A stretch of 55,584 nucleotides of DNA from Thermoplasmata archaeon. GTDB lineage: Archaea; Thermoplasmatota; Thermoplasmata; Lutacidiplasmatales; UBA184. The DNA is taken from positions 1 to 55,584 of the forward strand of contig JASHSU010000037.1 of the NCBI GenBank assembly GCA_030038605.1, read 5' to 3'. Every line of letters begins with the position of its first letter. Position 1 is the stretch's first letter. The notes under the pieces were generated by a model. It worked only from the letters and a program-made list of their open reading frames with translations, did no database searches and was not told the DNA's origin. Position numbers and translations under genes: made by a program. This document shows, one piece after another, positions 29,129-39,129 of this stretch.

Positions 29129-30237
29129 AATTCCGCCGCATCGGCTCCGACCTGAAGGTCGTCTACCTCCAGTACCGGCGGAACCCGGCGGCGCTGTTCT
29201 TCTCGTTCTTCTTCCCCATCCTGATCGTCGCCCTGTTCGGCTACATCTTCTCCGGCGCCGGGAGCGCAGTGACCACGGTCGTCGTCCTCAACGAGGACCA
29301 GAACTCGCCGGCGAGCGTCGCCTTCCTCGCCGCGCTCAACAACACGTCGGTCGTCCAGGTCCAGGTCGTCGGCGGGAGCAGCTGGACGCCGTCCAACTTC
29401 GCCGCCGAGTTAGGCAGTGCGGGAGCCTCGGTCGGCCTCATCGTGCCCGCGGGCTTCCAGGCCAACTATTCCGCGCACACGAACGTGAGCCTCGCCCTGT
29501 TCGTCAACCCGACCGATGCGGCCTCCGCCGGCACGGCCGAGGGGGCCATCCAGGGCGTCGCCAACGGGTTCAACCTCCACGCCGCCGACGGCCGGGCGAT
29601 CATCACCATCGCCTCGATCCACAACGTCGGCAGCCAGATCTACACGTACATCGACTACCTGATCCCGGGCCTCATCGGCTTCACCATCCTCACGAGCCCG
29701 ATGTTCTCGATGGTCGACATCGCGGCGTCGTACCGGAAGGACGGGATCTTCCGGGAGCTTTCCCTGACCCCGCTGACCCGGTCCGAATGGCTCACCAGCC
29801 ACATCCTCTGGTACATCGTCCTCACGTTCATCAACGCCGGCATCATGATCGCCTTCGGGGTCGGCGTCTTCAGCGCCCACCTGTCGATCGGGCTCGGGAT
29901 GATCCCGTTCCTGCTGGTCGGCACGTTCCTGTTCGTCTCGATCGGGATGCTCTCGGGCACCGTCGCCAAGACCCCCGAGTCCGCCGCGATCATCGGGAAC
30001 ATCATCACGTTCCCGATGATGTTCCTCTCGGGGACGTTCTTCCCCGTCTCCTCGTTCCCCCCGTGGCTCCAGACGGTCGCCCACGTCCTGCCGCTCTACT
30101 ACGTCATCGACGGGCTCGACCAGGCGATGCTGTTCGGCAACTGGAACCGGGCGGCCCTGGACCTGACCATCGTCCTGGTGATCGCGGTCGTGGTGTTCGT
30201 CATGGCCGTCCGGTTCTTCCGGTGGCGGGACAGCTAA
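29125..30237 (+). CDS. ABC-2 type exporter permease
   Basis: ATGA overlap at 29125; YIDYLIPG, FPMMFLSGTFFP...P.WLQ, 6 TM. Confidence 0.94.
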   Translation: MKFRRIGSDLKVVYLQYRRNPAALFFSFFFPILIVALFGYIFSGAGSAVTTVVVLNEDQNSPASVAFLAALNNTSVVQVQVVGGSSWTPSNFAAELGSAGASVGLIVPAGFQANYSAHTNVSLALFVNPTDAASAGTAEGAIQGVANGFNLHAADGRAIITIASIHNVGSQIYTYIDYLIPGLIGFTILTSPMFSMVDIAASYRKDGIFRELSLTPLTRSEWLTSHILWYIVLTFINAGIMIAFGVGVFSAHLSIGLGMIPFLLVGTFLFVSIGMLSGTVAKTPESAAIIGNIITFPMMFLSGTFFPVSSFPPWLQTVAHVLPLYYVIDGLDQAMLFGNWNRAALDLTIVLVIAVVVFVMAVRFFRWRDS

Positions 30238-30241
30238 GCCC

Positions 30242-30775
30242 ATGACCGACCCGTCGCCCCCGACGGTCGACCCCACTGGCTTCCGCCACCTGATGGCCCG
30301 CTGGGCGACCGGCGTGACCGTCGTGACCGCCCACGACGACGCGGGCGACGCCGGGCTCACGGTGAACGCGTTCCTCTCGGTCTCGCTGCGGCCCCCGTCG
30401 GTGCTGATCAGCCTCACGACCGACGCCGACACCGTGCCCGTGATCGAACGGTCCCGGTCGTTCGCGGTCAACCTGCTCGGCGCGGGGCAACGCGCTCTGA
30501 GCGAGCGATTCGCCCGGACCGTCCCCTCGGCCGAGAAATTCAGCGGTCTCACGTTCCATCGCGGACCCGGGGGGCTGCCGCTCCTGGACGGCACCCTGGG
30601 AGCCCTCGAATGCCACGTGGTCGCCTGGGTCCCCCGGTTCGACCACGTGCTCATCGTCGGAGAGGTGACCCACGAGGAGACCGGAGGGGACGGCCCGCCC
30701 CTCCTGTTCTACCATTCCGGATACGGCGAGGCGGAGGGCGCGGACCGGGTCAAGCTGCCCCCCGCGCGGCGCTGA
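30242..30775 (+). CDS. Flavin reductase-like protein
   Basis: FRHLMARWATGVTVVT, SVSLRPP, FAVNLL, DHVLIVGEV, PLLFY. Confidence 0.94.
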   Translation: MTDPSPPTVDPTGFRHLMARWATGVTVVTAHDDAGDAGLTVNAFLSVSLRPPSVLISLTTDADTVPVIERSRSFAVNLLGAGQRALSERFARTVPSAEKFSGLTFHRGPGGLPLLDGTLGALECHVVAWVPRFDHVLIVGEVTHEETGGDGPPLLFYHSGYGEAEGADRVKLPPARR

Positions 30776-30788
30776 ACCGCGTCAATCC

Positions 30789-30826
30789 GGAATATTCCTG
30801 ACGTAAATCCGCCGTGGGTTCATAAG
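30789..30826 (+). promoter_or_regulatory. Palindrome plus TATA-like element upstream of the YVTN surface protein
   Basis: Perfect GGAATATTCC 30789-30798; TTCATAAG 30819-30826, 24 nt before ATG 30851. Confidence 0.45.
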
Positions 30827-30850
30827 CGCCGGACGCGCCCATAGAGCACG

Positions 30851-33800
30851 ATGAATGCCGTCGCCCGCCGACCCGCGCGTCGACTGTCCCGAACGACTGT
30901 TCCCATCCTGGTGGTCTGCGTGGCCGTGGCCGCCCTCCTCGTGGGAGGCCTGCCCCTTCGCACGCCGGCTCCGTCGGCCTCCGCGGCCCCGGCCCCGGTG
31001 AGCGCCGCCCCGTCCCCGTCGACGTCCGCGGTGCCGGCGCACCACCTGTACAGCGTTCCCCTCACCGGCCCGCACCCGGCGCAGAATCTCCAGGACCCGG
31101 CCTGGCTAGCGTACGATGCGGCCGACAACTGGTTCTACGTCGCCGACCCCCCCTCCACCCTGGACGGGCTCAACGCGAGTTACAGCTACCCGTGGGTCAA
31201 CACGTCCGTCACGGTCGGGACCGACCCGTTCGGGGTGGTCGTGGACCCGATCACGGGCGACGTGCTGGTCACGAACACCGGTTCGGACAACGTCAGCGTG
31301 GTCGACCCGACGACGAATTCCGTGGTCCTCTCGGTCCCCGTCGGCGACGCGCCGATGGGCATCGCCTTCGACCCGGTCACCCAGCAGATCCTCGTGGCGA
31401 ACAACCAGTCGAACAACGTGACGTTCCTGAGCGCGGCCACCTACGCCGTGACCGCCAACGTCGCGGTCGGACACGGGCCGGTCGGCGTGGCGGTCGATTA
31501 CCTCACCGGATCGGCGTACGTCGCGAACAGCCTCAGCTCGACCGTGAGCGTGCTCAACGACTCATCGTGGCAGGTCGTCGCGACGGTCGGCACGGGGGAT
31601 ACTCCCTACGGCGTGGCGTTCGACAACCGCTCCGGGTACGTGTACGTGACCAACGCGGGGTCGGCCAACGTCACGGTCATCGACGCGGGGACCTCGCAGG
31701 TCCTCACGAGCGTTCCCGTGGAGGCGTGGGGTACCTCCGGCTCGGCTCCTCTCCAGGGGATCGCCTACGACCCGCAGGACAACATGCTGTGGGTAGGTGC
31801 GGGCCAGGTTACGGCGGTCGTCATCGACCCGGCCAACGAGTCGGTGGCCGCGTACATCTCGATCGACCCGTCCGGCGTGGCGTACGACAGCGCCAACGGC
31901 AACGTCTGTGTCACCAACACGGCCAATCGCACCTTCGAATGCATCGCGTTTGCCGGCGACAGCTACACGGCGCCCACGCTGACGTTCGCCGAGAGCGGGC
32001 TGCCGACCGGAACGACCTGGAGCGTAATGCTCGTCGATTACTACGGTGTAGCGACCACCGGCACGGGGTCCACGGCGACGTCGCGGAACATCACCTTCGC
32101 CTCGTACTGGCAACAGGTGACCTACCAAGTAGCGGCGGTCGGGGCGGACTATCTGGCGTCGCCGGTCTCGGGATCCATCAATCAGTCCGGCGTTCCGGTC
32201 CAGATCAATATCGCCTTCTCCCTCGTCGCGCCGGGGACGTTCTTCTGGGTGAACTTTACCGAGTCCGGCCTCCCCACCGGCACCTCCTGGTGGGTCGATC
32301 TGGGGGGGTTCGGCCAGGATTCGTCCGGCCTCAGTAACGACTTCCAGCTCGCGGACGGGACGTACACGTACTACGTGCTCCCGATCGATGGTACCCAGGC
32401 GCAGTCGGGCACCGTCGTGGTGAACGGCTCGGCGACCGGGGTCTCCCTGACGTTCACCTCCCCTCAGACCTACCTCGTCACGTTCACCGAGGTGGGGTTG
32501 CCGAACGGCACCGGTTGGAGCTTCGACCTGAACGGAAACTACTACAGTACTACGGGGAGCCTCGAGGCGGCTGCCCTGCCGAACGGGACGTACTCGTACT
32601 TGGTGTACACTTCGGGCAACTGGACTCCCGTGCCCTCGACGGGGTCGGTCACGGTGTACGGGGCGCCCACCGACGTGTACGTCAACTTCTCGTACGAGGC
32701 GTACTACTTTGTCGGGTTCACGGAGACGGGGTTACCCGCCGGCACGTTGTGGTCCGTGAACCTGAGTGGGCTCAGCCGCGCGAACCTCTCCCTGTCCTCC
32801 TCGTCCGAGGTCCTGTTCCAGGAGGCGAACGGGACGTACGATTGGGAGGCGGGGTACGCCGTGGCGAACCTCTCCGGAACGCTCGTGTACTACTATCCCG
32901 CGCCGAACAACGGGACGGTCGATGTGGTCGGGGGCTCGGTCCAGGTCGACCTCGTGTTCCAATCCGGGACTCCACCGACGCTCTACGGTGTCTCCTTCCA
33001 CGCGCTGGCCCTCCCGTCGGGTAGCACCTGGTCCGTCACGTTCAACTCCCAGACCGATCAGGCGACGACCGCGTTTCTCAACTTCACCGCCGCCAACGGA
33101 ACGTACGGCTACACCGTGAGCCCTCCGTCGGGCTACCTCGCCGTCCCCTCCGCCGGCCAGCTGGTCGTCGCCGGCCTGGCGGTGACGGTCGACGTGAACC
33201 TCTCGCTCGCCCCGGTGTCGCTCGACTACGCGGTCACCCTCCAGGAGTCCGGATTGCCGAACGGAACGGCCTGGAGCGCGAGCGTGAACGGGATCGCCAA
33301 CTCGTCGATCAGTCCGACCATCGTGTTCGACGAGCCGAACGGGACCTACTCCGTCAACGTGACGGCGGTACCGGGCTACTCGGTGAACTACAGCACCCCC
33401 GTGGTCGTTCACGGCGCCGCGCTGACGCTGGCCGTCACGTTCTCCAACTCGACCTACCCGGTCGTGCTGCTCGAGACCGGCCTCCCCTCGGGTGACCTGT
33501 GGACGGCCACGGCCGTGGACACGGTGAGCGGCGCCCAGGTCGTCGGCCAGTCGACCGGCCCGACCCTCACGCTCCATCTGCTGGACGGGACGTACGACCT
33601 GAGCGTCGCCGGTCCGTCCGGCTACACCGTGCACCTCTCGGCCACCGAGGTCGGCGTGCACGGCACGACCCCGGCGCCGGTCCAGGTCGCGTTCACCTCG
33701 CCCTCGAGCTCCGGCGGGACCTCCCCCCTCGGACCGTTCGGGTATCTGACCGTCGTCTACGTGCTCACCGCCGTCGTGGCGGGCCTCGCCGCGGTCTGGG

Positions 33801-33904
33801 GTCTCGCGCGCTACCGGTCGGAGCGGTGGCGCAGCGAAGGCGAAGAGTGGGTACGGGAACTGCGGGATGAGTCGCGAACCGAGCCGAACGAACGGACCCG
33901 GTGA
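30851..33904 (+). CDS. Cell-surface protein: YVTN beta-propeller, seven thermopsin-type Ig-like repeats, C-terminal TM anchor
   Basis: Signal peptide; VG..P.G.A.D...YVTN..S..VSV repeats; seven F.ESGLP.GT.W.V units; TM then a short charged tail. Confidence 0.92.
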   Translation: MNAVARRPARRLSRTTVPILVVCVAVAALLVGGLPLRTPAPSASAAPAPVSAAPSPSTSAVPAHHLYSVPLTGPHPAQNLQDPAWLAYDAADNWFYVADPPSTLDGLNASYSYPWVNTSVTVGTDPFGVVVDPITGDVLVTNTGSDNVSVVDPTTNSVVLSVPVGDAPMGIAFDPVTQQILVANNQSNNVTFLSAATYAVTANVAVGHGPVGVAVDYLTGSAYVANSLSSTVSVLNDSSWQVVATVGTGDTPYGVAFDNRSGYVYVTNAGSANVTVIDAGTSQVLTSVPVEAWGTSGSAPLQGIAYDPQDNMLWVGAGQVTAVVIDPANESVAAYISIDPSGVAYDSANGNVCVTNTANRTFECIAFAGDSYTAPTLTFAESGLPTGTTWSVMLVDYYGVATTGTGSTATSRNITFASYWQQVTYQVAAVGADYLASPVSGSINQSGVPVQINIAFSLVAPGTFFWVNFTESGLPTGTSWWVDLGGFGQDSSGLSNDFQLADGTYTYYVLPIDGTQAQSGTVVVNGSATGVSLTFTSPQTYLVTFTEVGLPNGTGWSFDLNGNYYSTTGSLEAAALPNGTYSYLVYTSGNWTPVPSTGSVTVYGAPTDVYVNFSYEAYYFVGFTETGLPAGTLWSVNLSGLSRANLSLSSSSEVLFQEANGTYDWEAGYAVANLSGTLVYYYPAPNNGTVDVVGGSVQVDLVFQSGTPPTLYGVSFHALALPSGSTWSVTFNSQTDQATTAFLNFTAANGTYGYTVSPPSGYLAVPSAGQLVVAGLAVTVDVNLSLAPVSLDYAVTLQESGLPNGTAWSASVNGIANSSISPTIVFDEPNGTYSVNVTAVPGYSVNYSTPVVVHGAALTLAVTFSNSTYPVVLLETGLPSGDLWTATAVDTVSGAQVVGQSTGPTLTLHLLDGTYDLSVAGPSGYTVHLSATEVGVHGTTPAPVQVAFTSPSSSGGTSPLGPFGYLTVVYVLTAVVAGLAAVWGLARYRSERWRSEGEEWVRELRDESRTEPNERTR

Positions 33905-33986
33905 ACGCGTTGGTCTCGGTCGCGTCCCCGCGGGGTTGCCTCCGCACGGTTGAAGTCGAGCTCCGTCCTGACCGGTCGCAGCGACC

Positions 33987-34622
33987 ATGACCGTCGATTG
34001 GGTCACCCCGGTGGTGGCGGCCGCCGGCGGGCTGGTCGTCGGCTGGGTCGCCCATTACCTCTGGAGCCACCCGACGACCCGGCCGCGCCCGGTGCCCCCG
34101 TCAGCGACCGACCTAGTCCGTCGGGCGCCCCCGGAGTCGGCTCCGCCGACCGTCCCTCCGAACACCACGACCGCCCCCGCGACCGGGAGCGCGGCCCGCG
34201 TCGGGGCTTCCGGTTTGGCGCGCTCCGAGCCCTCGTCCCTCGCCCCACCGGCCGGCCCCGGGGGAGAGGGACTCACCCTGGCGCGCCAGGTGATCCTGCA
34301 CCTCGCCCGAGTGGGTCGTGTCGGGGCCGAGGACGTCGCTCCGCTCGGGTCGACCCAGCAGGGGATGGTGGCGGCGCTGCACGTCCGCCAGGGTTCCCTG
34401 GTGCGCGTCCTGCAGCGGCTCCGTGCGGCGAACGTGGTCGAGGTCGACCGCCGGCACGTGGCCGGGGTCCCCCGTCGGCTGTTGGTCTATCGGTTGACCT
34501 CCCTGGGCGAGTCGATCGCCCGGGACCTCCGCCATCCCACGCCGCCGCGGCCCCCGTCCGTCCCGGCACCCTCCGGAGCCTGGATCGCGCCCCGGACACC
34601 GACCGCCGAGCAGCGGGTCTGA
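33987..34622 (+). CDS. Membrane-tethered winged-HTH protein
   Basis: N-terminal TM, Pro/Ala linker, TQQGMVAAL.VRQGSLVRVLQRL...HVAG..RRLLVYRLTSLGE. Confidence 0.8.
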   Translation: MTVDWVTPVVAAAGGLVVGWVAHYLWSHPTTRPRPVPPSATDLVRRAPPESAPPTVPPNTTTAPATGSAARVGASGLARSEPSSLAPPAGPGGEGLTLARQVILHLARVGRVGAEDVAPLGSTQQGMVAALHVRQGSLVRVLQRLRAANVVEVDRRHVAGVPRRLLVYRLTSLGESIARDLRHPTPPRPPSVPAPSGAWIAPRTPTAEQRV

Positions 34623-34680
34623 CGGGGTGGGCGCCTCCCTCGGAGGTGCCGCTTTAACCTCCCGCCGACCTGTTCGCCCC

Positions 34681-35625
34681 ATGTCGGCGGCGCCCCGGCG
34701 CACCCGGGTCGCGATTATCGGGAGCGGGCCGGCCGGCCTGACGGCGGCCCTGTACGCGGCACGAGGCCAGTTGCAGCCGGTGCTCATCTCCGGCGTTCCG
34801 GCCGGCGGGCAGCTGCTCATCACCACCGACGTGGAGAACTACCCCGGATTCCCGGACGGCATCCAGGGTCCCGAGCTGGTCGAGCTCATGCGCCGCCAGG
34901 CGGCCCGGTTCGGTACGGAGTACGTGGACGACAACGTGACCCGGGTCGAGTTCGGAGCGCGTCCCTTTCAGGTCCACACCGGGACGATGGGGACCGTCGT
35001 CGCCGACGCGGTCATCGTCGCGACGGGGGCCAACGCCCGATGGCTCGGACTCCCCTCCGAGACCCGTCTCAAGAACCACGGGGTCTCCGCGTGCGCCACC
35101 TGCGATGGGTTCTTCTTCAAGGGCAAGGACCTGGTCGTGGTCGGCGGCGGGGACACCGCCATGGAAGAGGCGCTGTTCTTGACCAACTTCGCGACGCACG
35201 TGACGATCGTGCACCGCCGGAGCATGCTGAAGGCGAGCAAGGTGATGCAGGAGCGGGCCCGCCACCACCCGAAGATCTCCTTCGAACTGGAGCACGTCGT
35301 GGACGAGGTCCTGGGAAAGGACCAGGTCGAGGGCGTCCGGCTGAAGCACCTGCCGACCGGGGCTCAGCGGGAGCTGAAAGCCGGCGGTCTGTTCATCGCC
35401 ATCGGCCACGAGCCGGCGACCGAGGTGTTCCGCGGCGTGCTCGACCTGACTCCCGAAGGATACCTACGGGTCCACGACCGGACGCGGACGAGCGTCGAGG
35501 GGGTCTTCGCGGCCGGGGACGTCGAGGACCACCGGTACCGCCAGGCCGTCACCGCGGCCGGCGCCGGCTGCATGGCCGCCATCGACGCCGAGCGGTGGCT
35601 GCAGGAACAGGGCCTCGGCGGCTGA
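34681..35625 (+). CDS. trxB: Thioredoxin-disulfide reductase
   Basis: IIGSGPAGLTAA, GGQL, VENYPGF, CATCDG, GGGDTAMEEA, YRQAVTAAG; TTTAA 23 nt before ATG 34681. Confidence 0.97.
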   Translation: MSAAPRRTRVAIIGSGPAGLTAALYAARGQLQPVLISGVPAGGQLLITTDVENYPGFPDGIQGPELVELMRRQAARFGTEYVDDNVTRVEFGARPFQVHTGTMGTVVADAVIVATGANARWLGLPSETRLKNHGVSACATCDGFFFKGKDLVVVGGGDTAMEEALFLTNFATHVTIVHRRSMLKASKVMQERARHHPKISFELEHVVDEVLGKDQVEGVRLKHLPTGAQRELKAGGLFIAIGHEPATEVFRGVLDLTPEGYLRVHDRTRTSVEGVFAAGDVEDHRYRQAVTAAGAGCMAAIDAERWLQEQGLGG

Positions 35626-35685
35626 CGACCGCCGCGACGCGACCCTTTAATATCCGGGTGGGGGCTTCGACCCGAGGACGCCGCC

Positions 35686-35877
35686 GTGGCGAACAAGAAG
35701 AGCCTGCACATCGAGTCGAGCGGCCAGCTGTGCATCTACTGCGGAGCCTGCGTCGGGATCTGCCCCCTCAACTGCATCTATCTGGACGAGACCCGCATCA
35801 CCTTCGACGAGAAGGTCTGCACCCGCTGCGAGATCTGCGTGAAGGCGTGCCCCGTCGGCGCGATCGAGATCGACTGA
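35686..35877 (+). CDS. 2x[4Fe-4S] ferredoxin
   Basis: CIYCGACVGICP and CTRCEICVKACP. Confidence 0.95.
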   Translation: MANKKSLHIESSGQLCIYCGACVGICPLNCIYLDETRITFDEKVCTRCEICVKACPVGAIEID

Positions 35878-35899
35878 AGCGGGACGGAGAAACTCCACC

Positions 35900-37090
35900 A
35901 TGGCCGCGGACCTGAAGACCGACGTCCTCGTCATCGGCGGGGGGCCCGCCGGCAGCATGACCGCCAAGTGGGCCGCCCAGGCCGGCGCCTCGGTCCTGAT
36001 GATCGAGAAGCGCCAGGAGATCGGCAGCCCCGTCCGCTGCGGCGAGGGGATGAGCAAGGACTGGCTCCACGACGTGGGCATCAAGCCCGGCCGCTGGGTG
36101 AACCTGGAGGTCGAGGGGGCCCGTATCTACTCGCCCAGCGAGAAGGTCTTCGAGATCAACGAGAAGCACGCCGGTAACGAGGTCGGCTATGTCGTCGAGC
36201 GCGTCGAGTTCGACAAGCAGTTGGCGATCGACGCGGCCAACGCGGGCGTCGAGGTCCGTCTGAAGACCGCCGCCACCGGGATCCTCAAGGAGAACGGCAA
36301 GGTCGTCGGCGCGAAGGTCAAGCAGTTCGGCACGACGTTCGACGTCCGGGCCAAGGTCACGATCGGCGCGGACGGGTTCGAGAGCCAGGTCGGCCGGTGG
36401 GCCGGCATCTCCACGAACATCGCGATCCGGGACATGGACACGTGCCTCCAGTACCGGATGACGAACGTCGACTCGGATTCCCGCTACTGTGACTTCTACC
36501 TCGGCAAGGTCGCTCCGGGCGGCTACGTCTGGGTCTTCCCGAAGGGGGACGGGCTGGCCAACGTCGGCATTGGGGTGCAGGTGAGCCAGGTCCAGTCGAT
36601 GGCCGAGGCGCGCAACTACCTGGACGCGTGGATCGCGGCCCACCCCGGCTACGCCAAGGGCAAGAAGATCGACATGGTCGGCGGCGGCGTCTCCATCTCC
36701 GCGCCGTTGAAGCAGACCGTGACCGACGGGTTCATGCTCGTTGGGGACGCGGCCCGGATGATCGACCCTCTTACCGGCGGCGGCATCGCCAACGGCTGCA
36801 TCGCGGGGAAGATCTGCGGCACGGTCGCCGCCGAGGCGGCCCAGACCGGGGACACGTCGAAGGCGTTCCTCGATAAGTACGAGAAGGGCTGGCGGGCGCG
36901 GCTCGAGGAGAAGCTCTACCGGAACTGGCTCGCCAAGGAGAAGTTGACGACCCTCTCCGACGCGACGTTCGACAAGATCATCGACGCGCTCGCGGGTGTC
37001 CGCCTCGAGAAGCTGAACGTCCACAACATCTTGAAAGCCGTCCACGAAAAGTACCCCGAGGTCACGAAGGAGTTCGAGGCGTTCCTGTAG
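35900..37090 (+). CDS. Digeranylgeranylglycerophospholipid reductase (archaeal GGR)
   Basis: GGGPAGS, GSPVRCGEG, PGGYVWVFPKG (PxxYxWxFP), GDAA..IDPLTGGGI. Confidence 0.95.
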   Translation: MAADLKTDVLVIGGGPAGSMTAKWAAQAGASVLMIEKRQEIGSPVRCGEGMSKDWLHDVGIKPGRWVNLEVEGARIYSPSEKVFEINEKHAGNEVGYVVERVEFDKQLAIDAANAGVEVRLKTAATGILKENGKVVGAKVKQFGTTFDVRAKVTIGADGFESQVGRWAGISTNIAIRDMDTCLQYRMTNVDSDSRYCDFYLGKVAPGGYVWVFPKGDGLANVGIGVQVSQVQSMAEARNYLDAWIAAHPGYAKGKKIDMVGGGVSISAPLKQTVTDGFMLVGDAARMIDPLTGGGIANGCIAGKICGTVAAEAAQTGDTSKAFLDKYEKGWRARLEEKLYRNWLAKEKLTTLSDATFDKIIDALAGVRLEKLNVHNILKAVHEKYPEVTKEFEAFL

Positions 37091-37107
37091 ACGCCCCGAA
37101 CCGGACC

Positions 37108-37752
37108 ATGCCCGGCGCACCGAACCGACCCCCGCCCAAGGACGAGCCCGGGACGCCGCCGGTGCCCGTCGTGCCCGAGACCCCCGAACGGCTGGCGCTC
37201 CGCCGCCTGGGTCCGGCCCGCGTCGCCCTCCACCTGGACGTATGGAAGGGTGCGCCGAGCGCGGAGCTGATCGCCCCGTTCGACCGGGCGGAGACCGCCT
37301 ACGCCGCCGGCGACTACGGCGCCGCGATCCAGGCGCTCGACCAGTTGGCGATCCGATTCCACGAGCCACGCTGGCCGACCTTGCCCGAGCCGTTCCGCCG
37401 ACTGCGGGTCGCCATTCCGCCCCCGATGCCCCCGCACTGGGACCCGGAGCACGGGCTGGCCGCCGACGAGAAGGAGGCGCGCCGTGCCCGACGCACCGTC
37501 GACGACCAACTGGCCCTCGCCCGGGCGAGCGTCGCCTGGGCGACCGCCCACGGGACCGACCTCTCGGCCCTGGCCCCCCGGGTCGACGAGGCGGCCGCGA
37601 TCCTGGCGGCCGAGGGCCTGGTGCCCGCGGTTTACGAGCGCCTGGACGCGGTGTGGCTAGCCGTGCGCGAACGGGTCCCCAAGCCCCTCGCCCCGGCCGG
37701 TCGCGCCCGCCCCGCCCCCGCCGAGCCGGCGGACGAAGCCGGCGAGGCGTGA
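37108..37752 (+). CDS. Hypothetical helical protein
   Basis: 17 bp after GGR, GC3-biased codons, amphipathic helices with central EPRWPTLPEPF...PPHWDPEH. Confidence 0.75.
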   Translation: MPGAPNRPPPKDEPGTPPVPVVPETPERLALRRLGPARVALHLDVWKGAPSAELIAPFDRAETAYAAGDYGAAIQALDQLAIRFHEPRWPTLPEPFRRLRVAIPPPMPPHWDPEHGLAADEKEARRARRTVDDQLALARASVAWATAHGTDLSALAPRVDEAAAILAAEGLVPAVYERLDAVWLAVRERVPKPLAPAGRARPAPAEPADEAGEA

Positions 37753-37764
37753 GCGTCCGCAGCG

Positions 37765-38109
37765 ATGGCCCCGGACGAGGCGGCCCCGCGGTCGGTCCGC
37801 CGGGGTGAGGGCGAAGTCACCCAGTGGCCCCGCGGGTTGGTGGGGTACACTCCCTCGGGGCCGGACGACGACACCCCGGATCCGGACGAGGACCGCACGG
37901 GGAACCGGATCCGCCTCGCGGCCCGGTTGCTTTCCGTGCTCGCCGCTCAGGGGGCCGAGGTCGGTAGCCTGGTCCAGGACTTGGCGGCCGCCGAGCGGGC
38001 CTACCGTGCGGGCCGCCACGACGAGGCCACCCGCCGCGTCGAGACGATCCTCGAGGCGCTGGCGCGGTTCGAGGCCGGCCCGGGCGCCCACGGACCTCCG
38101 ACACGTTAA
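37765..38109 (+). CDS. Hypothetical protein
   Basis: Fills the gap in a same-strand run; WPRGLVGY.P followed by a three-helix segment. Confidence 0.65.
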   Translation: MAPDEAAPRSVRRGEGEVTQWPRGLVGYTPSGPDDDTPDPDEDRTGNRIRLAARLLSVLAAQGAEVGSLVQDLAAAERAYRAGRHDEATRRVETILEALARFEAGPGAHGPPTR

Positions 38110-38133
38110 GGCGTGACACGCCTCGGGGCGGCG

Positions 38134-39129
38134 ATGCCCTACCGGTTCGGAACCTTCTCGATCGTGGCGTGCGACCCGTCGGACGGAACGTGCGGTGTGG
38201 CGGTGCAGTCGAAGTTCATCTCGGTCGGCTCCGTCGTCCCGTGGGCCGAGGCCGGGGTCGGTGCCGTCGCGACCCAGGCCGCGTCCAACCCGGCCTGGGG
38301 GCCGGAAGGCCTCGTCCTCCTGCGCCAGGGGTTGAGCGCGAAGGACGCCGTGCGTCGGCTGGTGGCGGCCGACCCCGGCCGCGACGAGCGCCAGCTGGGG
38401 GTCGTCGACGCCCACGGGGGCGCCGCGGCGCACACCGGGTCGAAATGCATGGACTGGGCCGGCCAGGTCGTCGGCGACGGGTTCACCTGCCAGGGGAACA
38501 TCCTGTTCGGACCGGCGGTCGTCCAGGCGATGGCCCGGGCGTACGAGTCGACCGGCGGCGACATCGCGGACCGGCTGCTGGCGGCCCTGGTCGCCGGCCA
38601 GCGCGAGGGCGGCGACCGGCGGGGGCAGCAATCCGCGGCCCTCCTCGTCAGTAAGAAGGGCGCCGGATACGGCCAGAGCGACCGGTGGATCGACGTGCGG
38701 GTCGATGACCACGTCGCGCCGATCGAGGAGCTCCGGCGGGTGTTCCGCCTCTACGACCTGACGATGCTCAACCGGGAGGACCCCGCGAGCCTGCAGCCGA
38801 TCGCGGGGGAGGTCGCGGTCGGAGTCCAGCACGACCTGCATGTCCTCGGATACTACACCGGCCGGCTGAACGGGACCTGGGATGCGGCGAGCCGGACCGC
38901 GTTCGACCGGTTCGTCGGCGAGCACAACTTCGAGAACAAGCAGACGAACCCGGACGCGATCTGGCCGACCGTCCGCGCCTACCTCAAGGAGCGGGCGGAC
39001 GCCGAGGTCGCGCGGCGGACGCACACCGCGCCGATCGTCCCGGATGCGCTCAGCCGCGGACCCGGCGCCCAACCGAAGGGGGGGTCGTCATCGGCGCACC
39101 GGTCGAAGAAATCCCCGGCGTCGAAGTAA
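38134..39129 (+). CDS. DUF1028 Ntn-hydrolase-like protein with C-terminal peptidoglycan-binding-like domain
   Basis: GTFSIVA.D, GVAVQSKF, GAVATQA, QGNIL, GGDRRGQQSAAL, DVRVDDH..PI.EL; TTAA 24 nt before ATG 38134. Confidence 0.9.
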   Translation: MPYRFGTFSIVACDPSDGTCGVAVQSKFISVGSVVPWAEAGVGAVATQAASNPAWGPEGLVLLRQGLSAKDAVRRLVAADPGRDERQLGVVDAHGGAAAHTGSKCMDWAGQVVGDGFTCQGNILFGPAVVQAMARAYESTGGDIADRLLAALVAGQREGGDRRGQQSAALLVSKKGAGYGQSDRWIDVRVDDHVAPIEELRRVFRLYDLTMLNREDPASLQPIAGEVAVGVQHDLHVLGYYTGRLNGTWDAASRTAFDRFVGEHNFENKQTNPDAIWPTVRAYLKERADAEVARRTHTAPIVPDALSRGPGAQPKGGSSSAHRSKKSPASK

